From assembly GCA_023205875.1 (NCBI GenBank), contig CP060757.1, positions 62,001-126,000 on the forward strand: a stretch of 64,000 nucleotides of DNA, given 5' to 3'. Of this stretch, positions 40,836 to 50,699 are shown piece after piece. The notes beneath the pieces were generated by a model. That model had not been told where the DNA came from, made no database searches, and was given only the letters and a program-made list of their open reading frames with translations. The translations under genes were made by a program, and so were the position numbers. The stretch comes from Chloropicon primus (Eukaryota). How positions within the stretch are numbered: the stretch's first letter is position 1; every line of letters begins with the position of its first letter.

Positions 40836-42860
40836 ATGGTTGCGTTGGGTCCTGTGAAGGCGGAGGAGGGGAAGGGGGAGTGCGAGGGTGGCGCGTGTTC
40901 GACATCGTCGTGTTCCGGGGTGTCGAGCTACGACAAGCCTTTGAACCTTCCAGGGTGGAGGGACAAGAACTATGCACCCGAGGACTCACCGTTTACGTAC
41001 ATGAGGCACGAGACCAAGGGGAGAGCCTTGAACAGGGACGTGGAGGACATCTACAAGCGCTGGGACGACATCATACCGGAGGAGAAGATGGAGACGTTTC
41101 GGAGCATGGTGTGCGAGATCGTGGAGGGGAGGCCCGAGACCGACAGGGACCTGACCAAGCTGCTTACGGTGTCCAGGAGGCGGCACAAGATGATCCCAAA
41201 AAAGTCTCAGCTCCTGCACATGTACCGCACGATGAGGTCGAACGGGGAGGTGGAAGAGATCCCGCACATCGAGAAGCTCCTGATGAAGAAGTCAGGCAAA
41301 AGCTCGTCGGGCGTCCTGGTGATCACCGTCGTGACGAGTCCGTACCCCACGGTGAACGGCAAGGTCCAGACCTTCAGCTGCAAGTGGGACTGCCACTACT
41401 GCCCGAACGAGCCTGGCCAGCCCAGGAGCTACCTCCACGACGAGCCCAGCGTTCTTCGGGCGAACCAGAACTCCTTTGATGCCTGCCTGCAGTTCACGGA
41501 CAGGGCCGCGACGCTGGCTCAGAACGGGCACCCGGTGGACAAGATCGAGATCATCGTGCTTGGGGGGACCTGGGCGTCATATCCGGAGGAGTACCGGGAG
41601 GAGTTTTGCAGGGACCTCTTCTATGCCGCGAACACTTTCTACGAGAGGAAGAAGAGGGGGAGGTACGCCATCGAGGAGGAGCAGAGGATCAACGAGTCCG
41701 CCCAGTGCAAGATCATCGGCCTGACCTTGGAGACGAGGCCAGACACGATCAACCCGGCGGAGTTGCACAGGCTGAGGAAGTACGGGTGCACGAGGGTCCA
41801 AATCGGAGTCCAGCACACGAACGACGCCATTTTGAAGAAGATCAACAGGAAGCACTACAGGAAGGACGCAGTCAGGGCGATCCAGATGCTGAAGGACACT
41901 TGCTACAAGATCGACATCCACCTGATGCCTAACTTGCCGGGGTCATCCCCGGAGATCGACAAGGAGATGTTCCTCGACGTCCTGTACAGCGATGACATGC
42001 AGGTGGACCAGTGGAAGATCTACCCTTGCGAGGTGGTCCCTTGGACGAAGATCAAAAAGTGGTTCGACGAGGGCACGTTCGTTCCCTACGGCTTGGAGAA
42101 GCTCATCGAGGTGCTGATGTACGGCAAGTCGAGGGTTCACCCTTGGATCCGCCTCAACAGGGTGGTGAGGGACATCCCCAGCCAGTACATTCTCGGCGGG
42201 GTGGACGTTCCCAACCTGAGGGAGGACGTGGCGAGCATCATGAGGAAGCAGGGAAATCCTTGCAAGTGCATCCGGTGCCGAGAGGTCCACGACAACAAGA
42301 AGGCGATCAAGCAGGCCGAGCTCGTTGTGCGCAAGTACAGGGGCTCCGGCGCGGACGAGTACTTCATCAGCTTCGAGACGCCGGACAGGTCGAAGATCTG
42401 CGGCTTTGTGCGCCTCCGCCTGAGCGAGACCGCCGGCGCGGGGGTTTTCCCGGAGCTGGAGAGGACGGCCCTCGTCCGCGAGCTCCACGTGTACGGCGTC
42501 CTCGTGGCGACGGAGAACAAGCAGAAGAAGACCGCCCAGCACGTGGGCTTCGGCAAGCGGATGATGCTCCACGCTGAGAAGATCGCTTGGAGGAGCGGGT
42601 ACAGGAGAATGGCGGTGATCGCCGGGGTGGGAACCCGGAACTACTACAGGAAGCTGGGCTACGAGATGGAGGGGGAAGGGGAGTTCATGGTCAAGTCCTT
42701 GGAGTGCCCGCTCACTTGGCGGGAGTGGATGCTCGACAGGACCACCCTCAAGTACTGCGCCCTCGGGTTGGGCGCGGTGGCCGTTCCCTTGGCCCTCGCC
42801 AGCTACCTTTGGGGGCCAAGGTCCAAGACCCAGCAGCACCAGGACGTTTCACCGCCCTAA
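40836..42860 (+). CDS. ELP3: Elp3-family radical-SAM/KAT tRNA U34 acetyltransferase, non-canonical type with C-terminal hydrophobic anchor
   Basis: 'SGVLVITV', 'CKWDCHYCP', 'DKIEIIVLGGT', 'GLTLETRPD', 'RVVRDIP', 'CIRCRE', 'VRELHVYG', 'QHVGFGK', 'IAGVGTRNYYRKLGY'. Confidence 0.92.
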   Translation: MVALGPVKAEEGKGECEGGACSTSSCSGVSSYDKPLNLPGWRDKNYAPEDSPFTYMRHETKGRALNRDVEDIYKRWDDIIPEEKMETFRSMVCEIVEGRPETDRDLTKLLTVSRRRHKMIPKKSQLLHMYRTMRSNGEVEEIPHIEKLLMKKSGKSSSGVLVITVVTSPYPTVNGKVQTFSCKWDCHYCPNEPGQPRSYLHDEPSVLRANQNSFDACLQFTDRAATLAQNGHPVDKIEIIVLGGTWASYPEEYREEFCRDLFYAANTFYERKKRGRYAIEEEQRINESAQCKIIGLTLETRPDTINPAELHRLRKYGCTRVQIGVQHTNDAILKKINRKHYRKDAVRAIQMLKDTCYKIDIHLMPNLPGSSPEIDKEMFLDVLYSDDMQVDQWKIYPCEVVPWTKIKKWFDEGTFVPYGLEKLIEVLMYGKSRVHPWIRLNRVVRDIPSQYILGGVDVPNLREDVASIMRKQGNPCKCIRCREVHDNKKAIKQAELVVRKYRGSGADEYFISFETPDRSKICGFVRLRLSETAGAGVFPELERTALVRELHVYGVLVATENKQKKTAQHVGFGKRMMLHAEKIAWRSGYRRMAVIAGVGTRNYYRKLGYEMEGEGEFMVKSLECPLTWREWMLDRTTLKYCALGLGAVAVPLALASYLWGPRSKTQQHQDVSPP

Positions 42861-43094
42861 CACAACACTCGTCCTTTAGGCACGCTTGATCCATTCACCG
42901 CATTGTATTGGTCTGCATCTTTCTTTTTTTGAGACGCATCTTCCTCTCTAGTCGTGCCAACGCCAATGCCGATGCCAATGCCAATGCCTTCCGAACACCC
43001 TTCCCTGTCCCCAGACTTGCTTTGATCCAAGGGGATTTTTTTGTGGTCGAAGATCTCTCTCTGCCAGAGGAAGAGGATCTCTTTCTCGGAGACC

Positions 43095-43377
43095 ATGGCG
43101 ACGACGATGATGACGACGACGACGACGAGGACGAGGGAACTCGGGGGCCGGAGCCTGCGAGGATCGACTCGCCTCGAGTGCTTGGCAGGAAAAGCCACGT
43201 CCAGACAGCAACAGCGGTCGTGGCCGAAGCGACTCCTGAGTCACACGAACGGGAGGAGGAGCAACATCTTCCTGCACAGAACTCGGGCTCTCGACGAAGG
43301 TGAGGAGGGAGTGCCTGGCCACCGTCGTCGATTCTCTGTCGCTCTCTCTCTTTGTTTCTCTCTCGCTCACGTTCTCG

Positions 43378-43412
<35 letters not shown>

Positions 43413-44058
43413 TGCGTTCGGCAGGAACGGATGACGCTGATTTCGAGGACAGGCTTGCCAAGCTTCGAGCTGCCAAGGGCACCAAAGGAAGGGGCCAGGG
43501 AGGAACCAAGTCGAAGGCCAAGGAGACCGGGAGCAAGGCGTACGACTACACGGGCGAGACGGTATTTTACGAGGGGAGGCCATCCGCGGGGGACTTGGCC
43601 GTGAACGTTGCCCTCGGGGCGACGCTGCTCTGGCTGGTGAGTATCCCACCCCTTCTTGCCCTCTTCCCAAGGGCTTCGCAAGTCCTGACGAATATCTCTG
43701 TTGCTTCGTTCTCCTTGCCCGTTTCTCTCCGCAGCCCCTCTCCATCGCCGCGGTAGGAAGGTTTGCTTGGGTCAACTACAAGATCACGGACAAGCGCATC
43801 TCGGTCTCGAACACGTCCCCGGTGGCGAACGACGAGAGTCAGTTGGACTGCCCGTACGCGCAGGTCTCTGACGTGTCCGCCATCGGCAGGGGCCTGGGGC
43901 TCTGGGGCGACATGGTGGTGAAGCTCAAGGACGGAAGCAAGATTGAGATAAGGTCGATCGACAGGTGGCAGGAGGTGAGAGATTACATCCTCGCCCGCGT
44001 CGCGGAGGTGAGCAAGGAGAGCGCCGACAAGGTGGACGCCAAGCCGGCCGGTTTCTGA
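43095..44058 (+). CDS. Plastid protein with cyanobacterial-type bacterial PH (bPH_2/YdbT-like) domain; exons 43095-43299, 43425-43636, 43735-44058
   Basis: Spliced frame gives 'ETVFYEGRPSAGDLAVNVALGATLLWLPLSIAAVGRFAWVNYKITDKRISV...RGLGLWGDMVVKLKDGSKIEIRS'. Confidence 0.8.
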
Positions 44059-44208
44059 GGACGGGCGAAGAGACGCCTCTCGGGGCTCGTTTTCTTTCCA
44101 AGAATGGAAGAGGGATCCCTCACCATTCGCGCGAGTCGTTCAAGAAAAAAGAAAAAAGGTAAAAGTACATGGCGAATAAAAAGGTTACTGGCCCAAGGTT
44201 CTTCCCCC

Positions 44209-44754
44209 TTACTGTTCTTTGTCTTGTTGTACACCTGTGATGGGTTGGAACTGGCCCGGCACGCTGTATTGGCCATACATTTGCTGCTGCATCGCGGGGT
44301 TGATCTGGTAGCCCTCTCCCCCCGCCATGCCGTGCATGTACTGGTACGGCATCCCGGGGTACATTCCGTGCCCCGGCACTGGACCGCCCACAGGCATGCG
44401 GGACTCGTCCTTGACGTCGTCCCTCGGCACGATGTCGAGCAAAAAGTCGAAGACGTCCGTCTTGGTGATTGCGGCAGCAATGTCATTCCTTTGCAGGGTC
44501 CTCCTCTTGCTCTCCTCGGAGTGCATCCACGACCTGAGCGTCAGCTCGAGTATGAAGAGCTCGCAGGCCTTGGCGAAAAGCACGGGGGCCTCCGCGCTGA
44601 TCATGCGGACGTCCTCGTCCGACTTCATGATCTTCTTTATCCTCGCGAGGGGGAGCTGGTGGTTCTTAAATACCGACGTGTCCACAGGAACCTCCTTCAC
44701 CTCCTGCATCTGCTCCGCCCAGAAGCTCTTCAGCTGCTGGTTCTGCGACTGCAT
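44209..44754 (-). CDS. NF-YC: Nuclear transcription factor Y subunit C
   Basis: Histone fold '[48 protein letters not shown]...[13 protein letters not shown]...[10 protein letters not shown]'. Confidence 0.97.
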   Translation of the reverse strand: MQSQNQQLKSFWAEQMQEVKEVPVDTSVFKNHQLPLARIKKIMKSDEDVRMISAEAPVLFAKACELFILELTLRSWMHSEESKRRTLQRNDIAAAITKTDVFDFLLDIVPRDDVKDESRMPVGGPVPGHGMYPGMPYQYMHGMAGGEGYQINPAMQQQMYGQYSVPGQFQPITGVQQDKEQ

Positions 44755-45307
44755 CGTGTCGCTCGACCGGCGTTGCGTTGCGTTTCTCCGCAAAAGCCCA
44801 AGGACCAGGACCGAAGAAACAGACGAAGCAAGGCTCCAGCCAGGGTATCCAATACTATCGGAGTCCTCCTCCTCCTCCTTCTCCTCGTGATCCCGTTCCG
44901 ACACAAAGAAAAAGATAGAGAGAAGAGAAGAGCCGGAGAGGGAGAGAGAGAGAAGAAGAAGAGAAGCCCTGTTCGCACGTTACGTTCCTCGTCTTCGTTA
45001 CGTAACGCGAGTTTGTCCTCGTCTTCGTTGTGGTCTTCGTTGTTGTTGTTGTTGTTGTTGTCGTCGTCGTCGTCCTCGTTCGGTTCGTTTCAGTTGGTTT
45101 CCCTTCGTTCGTTTCGGGGTGTGTTCTGGTTTGGTTCGTTTATCCTTATCCGGCTTTTGTCTTGGCTCGTGGTGGGGTGGTGGGTAACACAGGAGATCTA
45201 CTAGGAGGAACACAACGCTCCCAGCCACACATTGTCATCCGAGTACAAATTCCACAACCCAAACCAAGGGAACAAGGGGAAAAGAAAAAGAGGCCGAGGG
45301 GGAGGGT

Positions 45308-45341
45308 TTTAGGGTTTAGGGAGGGGTTTTAGGGTTTAGGG
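45308..45341 (+). promoter_or_regulatory. Telo-box / interstitial telomeric repeat cluster (4 x TTTAGGG)
   Basis: TTTAGGG at 45308, 45315, 45328 and 45335, in the divergent NF-YC/uL24 promoter. Confidence 0.75.
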
Positions 45342-45578
45342 TACACTCCAGGAGAGAGACAGGGAGACGAGACAGGGAGACAGGGAGAGAGGGAGACAGG
45401 GAGAGGGAGAGGCGGCTCGGGGGGGCGCAAGGGTTGGTTGGGAAGGAGGCAGGGGAGCTGTGGTGGGAACAGATTGAGAGGGCTTTCTTTTCTGTTCTTT
45501 TCGTTTCGTTTCGTTTTGCCTCGTCGTGGTTGTCTTCCATTGGTTTCGTTCCTTCGACACAGAGACAGACAGACACGA

Positions 45579-45615
<37 letters not shown>

Positions 45616-45619
<4 letters not shown>

Positions 45620-46179
45620 GGAGGAGGCAAGTGTTTGACAAGTTCAAGAAGCCTTGGAGGATCATCAAGGGGGACACTGTGTTCGTGAGGACGGGTGCGG
45701 AGAGGACCAAGACAGGGGTCGTGGCCCAGGTCAACAGGGACTCGAACACGGTCGTCGTCGAGGGACTCAACCTCAAGAAGAAGCATGTGAAGAAGACCGA
45801 GGAGCAGCCTGGGGGCATTTACCTCGTCGAGGGGAAGATACACTACTCTAACGTCGCGCTGATGGATCCGGAGACCGGACTGCCGTGCAGAACCACGTAC
45901 AGGTACCTCGAGGACGGAACCAAAGTGAGGGTTGCCCAAGGGAAGAAGACCTCCGGGTCGATCATACCTTTCCCCGAGTACCAGAGGAAGAAGCCGAGGA
46001 GCGTGGTCGTGGGGCCCAAGTGCACTCCAGAGGGTGAAGTGAACCGGGTCACGTACACCAGCTCCAGGGGGTACGCCGTGCTCAGCGCCGCGGGGTGCTA
46101 CGGGTTCGCCGGCGCCTCGGCTCACGTCGGTTTCGCCGCGAGCAGGTTCTTCGGCTGTAGCCAACCCCTGCTGCGGTGA
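45616..46179 (+). CDS. RPL24: Ribosomal protein uL24, organellar (probably mitochondrial)
   Basis: KOW motif 'WRIIKGDTVFVRTG...GVVAQV...VVVEGLNLKKKHVK...GGI...EGKIHYSNVALMDP...DGTKVRV'. Confidence 0.9.
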
Positions 46180-46451
46180 CTGTTCTGGGACAGGTGACCT
46201 CCTCAAGTGAGTCCTTGCTCTCTTGTGCTGCCGTTGCCCGTGTCCCTCTGTTTGTCGTATCTATTAATTGTGTTGCTTGCGCTTAAGTATTCGTGCCAGA
46301 CAAAACACGCACACAAATGCACAAAACAAAACAAACGCATTCCTTTTCGTGCTCTTGTTTCTGCGGGGTCGAGACTCCTTTCTTGCCTCCGCCCCTCCAC
46401 TCGGGTTGGGATGGATCCCACGTCCTCCTCCTCCTCCTCCTCCTCCTCCTG

Positions 46452-46490
<39 letters not shown>

Positions 46491-46830
46491 GGGGGGGGGG
46501 GTTGGCATGGTTCCCTCGAGTCTCCTTCCTTGGTGTTGTGCCGCTTCGTGCCCGCCCTGCCTCTCCCCCCTCTCTCTCTCCAAAGGTGAAGGGTAGTGGA
46601 CGGACCTTCCATTGGATTGGGATGGATCTTGGGATGGATCCCACGTCCTCCTCCTTGGCTCCTGGTTCCTGGCTCCTGGTTCCCTAACTTCTTGGTTGGG
46701 ATCCTATCTTTGACTCAAACCAAAAACGAGGCTGGGTTTGTTTTGAATCCATCGAAAACGAGACTGGTTGCGTTCCTTGGGTTTGATTAACCCAAAAGGA
46801 AACGAAACGAAAGGAAAGGAAAGGGGTTTG

Positions 46831-46868
<38 letters not shown>

Positions 46869-47244
46869 TCCCGGCACCGAGGCACCGAGGCACCGAGGCA
46901 CCAGGAGAAGGAGAAGGAGAAGGAGAAGGAGACCACCGAGGGCCCGACACAAGACACGAGGCGTGTCAAGGGGGAGGGGACAACACACGCACACAAACAA
47001 CACACAAACAACACACAAACAAACACACAACACACAAACAATTGGCTTGTGGCCTTGTGTTGATAACGCGGTACGCCACCCTTTTGTGGGTTTCGCCTTT
47101 TTCTACTCGGTAGTTGGTGTTGGTGTCCTCCGGGAGTACACAGATAGCGCTTGTCACGTCACGTCACGTAGGACGACCTAGGCGGCTCAACGAAACCTTG
47201 CAAAGAAAAAAGAAAGCACCTTGCCCGCATCTTGACAGGACAAG

Positions 47245-49095
47245 ATGGTGCAGGAGGAGGAGGTCAAGGTGGTGAGCGATGGGGAGGTCCCGGTCCCGGT
47301 TCCGGTTCCCGAGGACGACGGGTCGGACGACGACGACTTTCTTTACGAGGAGTTGGACGTGGAGAGCGAGGTGGACGCGGATGACAACTACAGCGAGGAC
47401 TTGGACGCCATCATTCGAAGCTTGCAGACCGCCAAGGACGAGGAGCAGCGGGGGGACAAGGCCCTGGAGGAGCTTGGGGAGCGCGTCAAGGCACCTGGAG
47501 AGGTCACGAGAAGGCCAGAGGTCATCGACGACTTTTTCAGGAACTTTCTTGTGAAGATGAACTTGACGAGGACCCTCGAGTCCTTCGAGACCGAGTGGTA
47601 CGAGATGAAGGCCACGGGCCGCCTGGAGGAGGAGAACATGGGCAACGTGCCGGACATCTACATCTTGAACCAGCAGCTTCAGGACGTGATCACCACCCTG
47701 AGGTCGGAGCTTCGCTCGGCGAGGGCCATTGCCGAGAAGGCGACCTCCACTTGGGACAAGTTCCGCAAGGAGAGGGACTTTCATCGCATGCATCACAAGC
47801 GCGTGGGCCAGGAGAAGAACAAGCTGCTGACGGACCTCAAGCGCCTGAGGAAGCACTACAGCCAGTACGAGCCCACCATCAAGGAGCTGAGGCACAAGTA
47901 CGAGGTCGCCATGAAGGAGAAGATGCTGATGCGCTTGGAGCGCGACAGGATCAACTCCAAGTTGGAGGGCCTCGAGAAGAGGCTGGAGGGCCAGAAGCTG
48001 GCCGGGGACAGGATGCAGAGCAAGGTCGGGTCCTCCGCGGACTCGTCTGGAAGGACGGTGCCTCTGGACGCCAAGAGGGCGAGCACGAAGAAGGCCGCCA
48101 CCTTGGAGAAGAGTAAGACTGCCAAGGGCGACACGCTCAAGCACAGCCTGCCGGCCTCGGACAGGGAGAACCCGTACTCCAAGCTCGAGTTCGAGCCACT
48201 TCCCGTGAACTCGTTCAGCTTGCAGAAGACTTTCAAGGGGCATCTCATGTCGGTGTCCGACATCGCGATCCACCCCAAGAAGCCCGTGATTGCCACCGCT
48301 TCGGACGACACCACGTGGAAGCTCTGGTCCATCCCCAACGGTGATCTGATCATGGCGGGAGAGGGCCACAAGGACTGGGTTGCCAGCGTCTCCTTCCACC
48401 CGCAGGGAACGCAAATCGCTACGGCGTCGGGAGACTCCACGGTCAAGCTGTGGGACTTCCAAGCGGCGAGGTGCACGTTGACGTTCACCGAGCACACCCA
48501 GGCCGTCTGGGGCGTGGCCTTCCACGACACGGGCGACTTCCTCGCCAGTTGCAGTCTGGACCACTCCACCAGGCTTTGGGACATTGCCACCGCCAAGTGC
48601 AAGGCCACGCTTAGGGGGCACGTCGACAGTGTGAACTCGGTGTGCTGGCAGCCTTTCACGAACAACCTTTGCACGGGAAGCAGCGACAAGACGGTGAGCT
48701 TATGGGATGCCAGGACGGGGCTCTGCGCCCAGACCTTCTATGGCCACCTCAACAGTTGCAACTCCGTGGTCTTTGACCTCAAGGGAGGCTTCGTGGCCAG
48801 CTGCGACGCGGACGGCATCGTCAAGCTCTGGGACGTTAGAATGGTCAAGGAGTTTGGATCCATCGACGTTGGCCCCCACTCCGCGAACAAGGTCTCGCTG
48901 GACAGGAGTGGCAAGGTCCTTGCCGTTGCCTGCGACGACACCATGATCAAGTGCTTCTCCCTCAAGGGCGACTCTCCGACCGAGCTCTGTCAGCTCTCGG
49001 GGCACGAGGACTCTGCCCTGAGCGTGGCCTTCGACCCCTACGGCTCCTATGCCATCTCCTCGGGTGCGGACATGACCTTCAGGGTGTGGTCCTAA
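47245..49095 (+). CDS. PF20: Flagellar central-apparatus WD40 protein PF20/SPAG16
   Basis: 'PEVIDDFFRNFL...FETEWYE', 'KERDFHRMHHKRVGQEKNKL', 'YEPTIKELRHKYEVAMKEKML', followed by seven WD40 repeats. Confidence 0.93.
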   Translation: MVQEEEVKVVSDGEVPVPVPVPEDDGSDDDDFLYEELDVESEVDADDNYSEDLDAIIRSLQTAKDEEQRGDKALEELGERVKAPGEVTRRPEVIDDFFRNFLVKMNLTRTLESFETEWYEMKATGRLEEENMGNVPDIYILNQQLQDVITTLRSELRSARAIAEKATSTWDKFRKERDFHRMHHKRVGQEKNKLLTDLKRLRKHYSQYEPTIKELRHKYEVAMKEKMLMRLERDRINSKLEGLEKRLEGQKLAGDRMQSKVGSSADSSGRTVPLDAKRASTKKAATLEKSKTAKGDTLKHSLPASDRENPYSKLEFEPLPVNSFSLQKTFKGHLMSVSDIAIHPKKPVIATASDDTTWKLWSIPNGDLIMAGEGHKDWVASVSFHPQGTQIATASGDSTVKLWDFQAARCTLTFTEHTQAVWGVAFHDTGDFLASCSLDHSTRLWDIATAKCKATLRGHVDSVNSVCWQPFTNNLCTGSSDKTVSLWDARTGLCAQTFYGHLNSCNSVVFDLKGGFVASCDADGIVKLWDVRMVKEFGSIDVGPHSANKVSLDRSGKVLAVACDDTMIKCFSLKGDSPTELCQLSGHEDSALSVAFDPYGSYAISSGADMTFRVWS

Positions 49096-49920
49096 CCAGA
49101 CGACGCGGCTTTGGGGAAACCCGCAACCCGCGCAAATTGAGCGGGCCTCACCAAAATTCCTGTACACTAGAAATTCTGGAGCGACTCAAGAGCCGAGGAG
49201 GACACACACACACACACACACACACAAACACCACTCGCTCGCTGGCTCGCTCGCTGTCAGTGAAAAGTTCTTGCCTTTATAAGTATCCTTCACTTGATCC
49301 AATGCATCATTGAACCTTTTTCTGGAACACACCAAACCATTCATTCATTCATCCATTTGCTTGGTTTTGGTGGTGGTTCCCCTTCCAGTTGGGTGGTGTG
49401 TTTGTACACCCCACAAGCCGGACACCAATCCATCACAATCCATCGATCATCCATCGCCTTCCTGGCTCCATCTTACGAAGCAATCACGATCTCCCTGACA
49501 GGATGAAGACCAAGGAGGAGACACCATCCATGCTTCCCCTTCCTTTCTCCCCCCCACTCCCCACCATCCCCCTTCATCCATCCCCTCCATGACAGAGATA
49601 GAGATGATGATTCTCCTCCTCCAGGTTTTCCTCCCTCTGGAAACCCTAATTCTAATTGCCTCGAGGGTTTTGGGAAGGAACCACAAAAAGGGCGGCAGAA
49701 GAAAACGCAAAGGAGACAACGCAACACAACGCAACGCACCCTAAGGTGAGTGACGGGACGGACACAAACGTAACGCGGACGAGTACAACGAACGACAAAC
49801 GACTTGGCCGTGTCCAGTGGGACGCTCGCACGCGCACGCGAGCCTCGCCTCGCCTCGCACGCTTGCGTGCTTGCTTTTGCGCGGAAAGAGAGAACCGACT
49901 GGACTGACACACTCCCTCCG

Positions 49921-49952
<32 letters not shown>

Positions 49953-50018
49953 CCTTGCTCTTCTTCTTGTTCTTCTTGTTCTGTTGCAGCAGGTTTTTGT
50001 TTCACAACTTTCACAAGG

Positions 50019-50636
50019 ATGAGCTGGCAGAGTTATGTGGACGATCACTTGATGGTCGACCTCCCAAGTGGAGGAAAGCTCACTGCCGCGGCTATCTATG
50101 GACAGGACGGTGGCTGCTGGGCGCAGTCCGCTGGATTCCCAGCGGTAAGTGGTCACGCCCCTCACACTTCCTTCGCGAGTTCCTCTGTTGAATCGGAGGA
50201 AGAGTGCGGTGCCCGGCCAGGACCAGCCGTGAGGTTGCCGTGAGGTCGATCTCATCTCACCCAGTCACTCACTCGTGTGCGAACACCACCGTGAGGCTCG
50301 CTTTCCCTCTTCTTCCGCATGCTGACCCTCTTCCCTTCTCCTTGGACTCCCTTCACAATTCAGTTGGACGCGGACCAGGCTAAGATCTTGGTCACGGGCT
50401 TCTCTGATCCTGGCGCTGTTGCCGCCTCCGGAATCCGCATCGGAGACAAGAAGTTCATCTCCATTGGAGGCATCCCAGGTGAGTGCTTGAGAGGCAGGAA
50501 GGGAGCCGGAGGCTGCACCGTGAAGAAGACGAACACCGCCATGGTCATCGGTATCTATGACGAGGGTGTTCAAGGTGGGGACTGCAACGTCATCGTTGAG
50601 AACCTCGGCGATTACTTGATCGGACAGAACATTTGA
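50019..50636 (+). CDS. PRF: Profilin; exons 50019-50144, 50364-50636
   Basis: '[12 protein letters not shown]...[14 protein letters not shown]' and '[26 protein letters not shown]...VENLGDYLI'. Confidence 0.97.
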
Positions 50637-50699
50637 AGAGCTTCCGCGTATTGCTGCTGCTCGCGATTAGGATTAATTTATGATCGAGCCATCCGTAAT

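Noticed and set aside
46203..47181. Numerous short ORFs (poly-CV, poly-HT, poly-ER) in the uL24-PF20 spacer and similar spacers
   Set aside because: These are translations of (GT)n, (GA)n and (CCT)n microsatellites, not coding.
50145..50363. Profilin intron with hairpin TTCCTCTG/CGGAGGAA and three CCGTGAGG copies, as a possible snoRNA
   Set aside because: No correctly placed H/ACA or C/D boxes and no identifiable guide complementarity.
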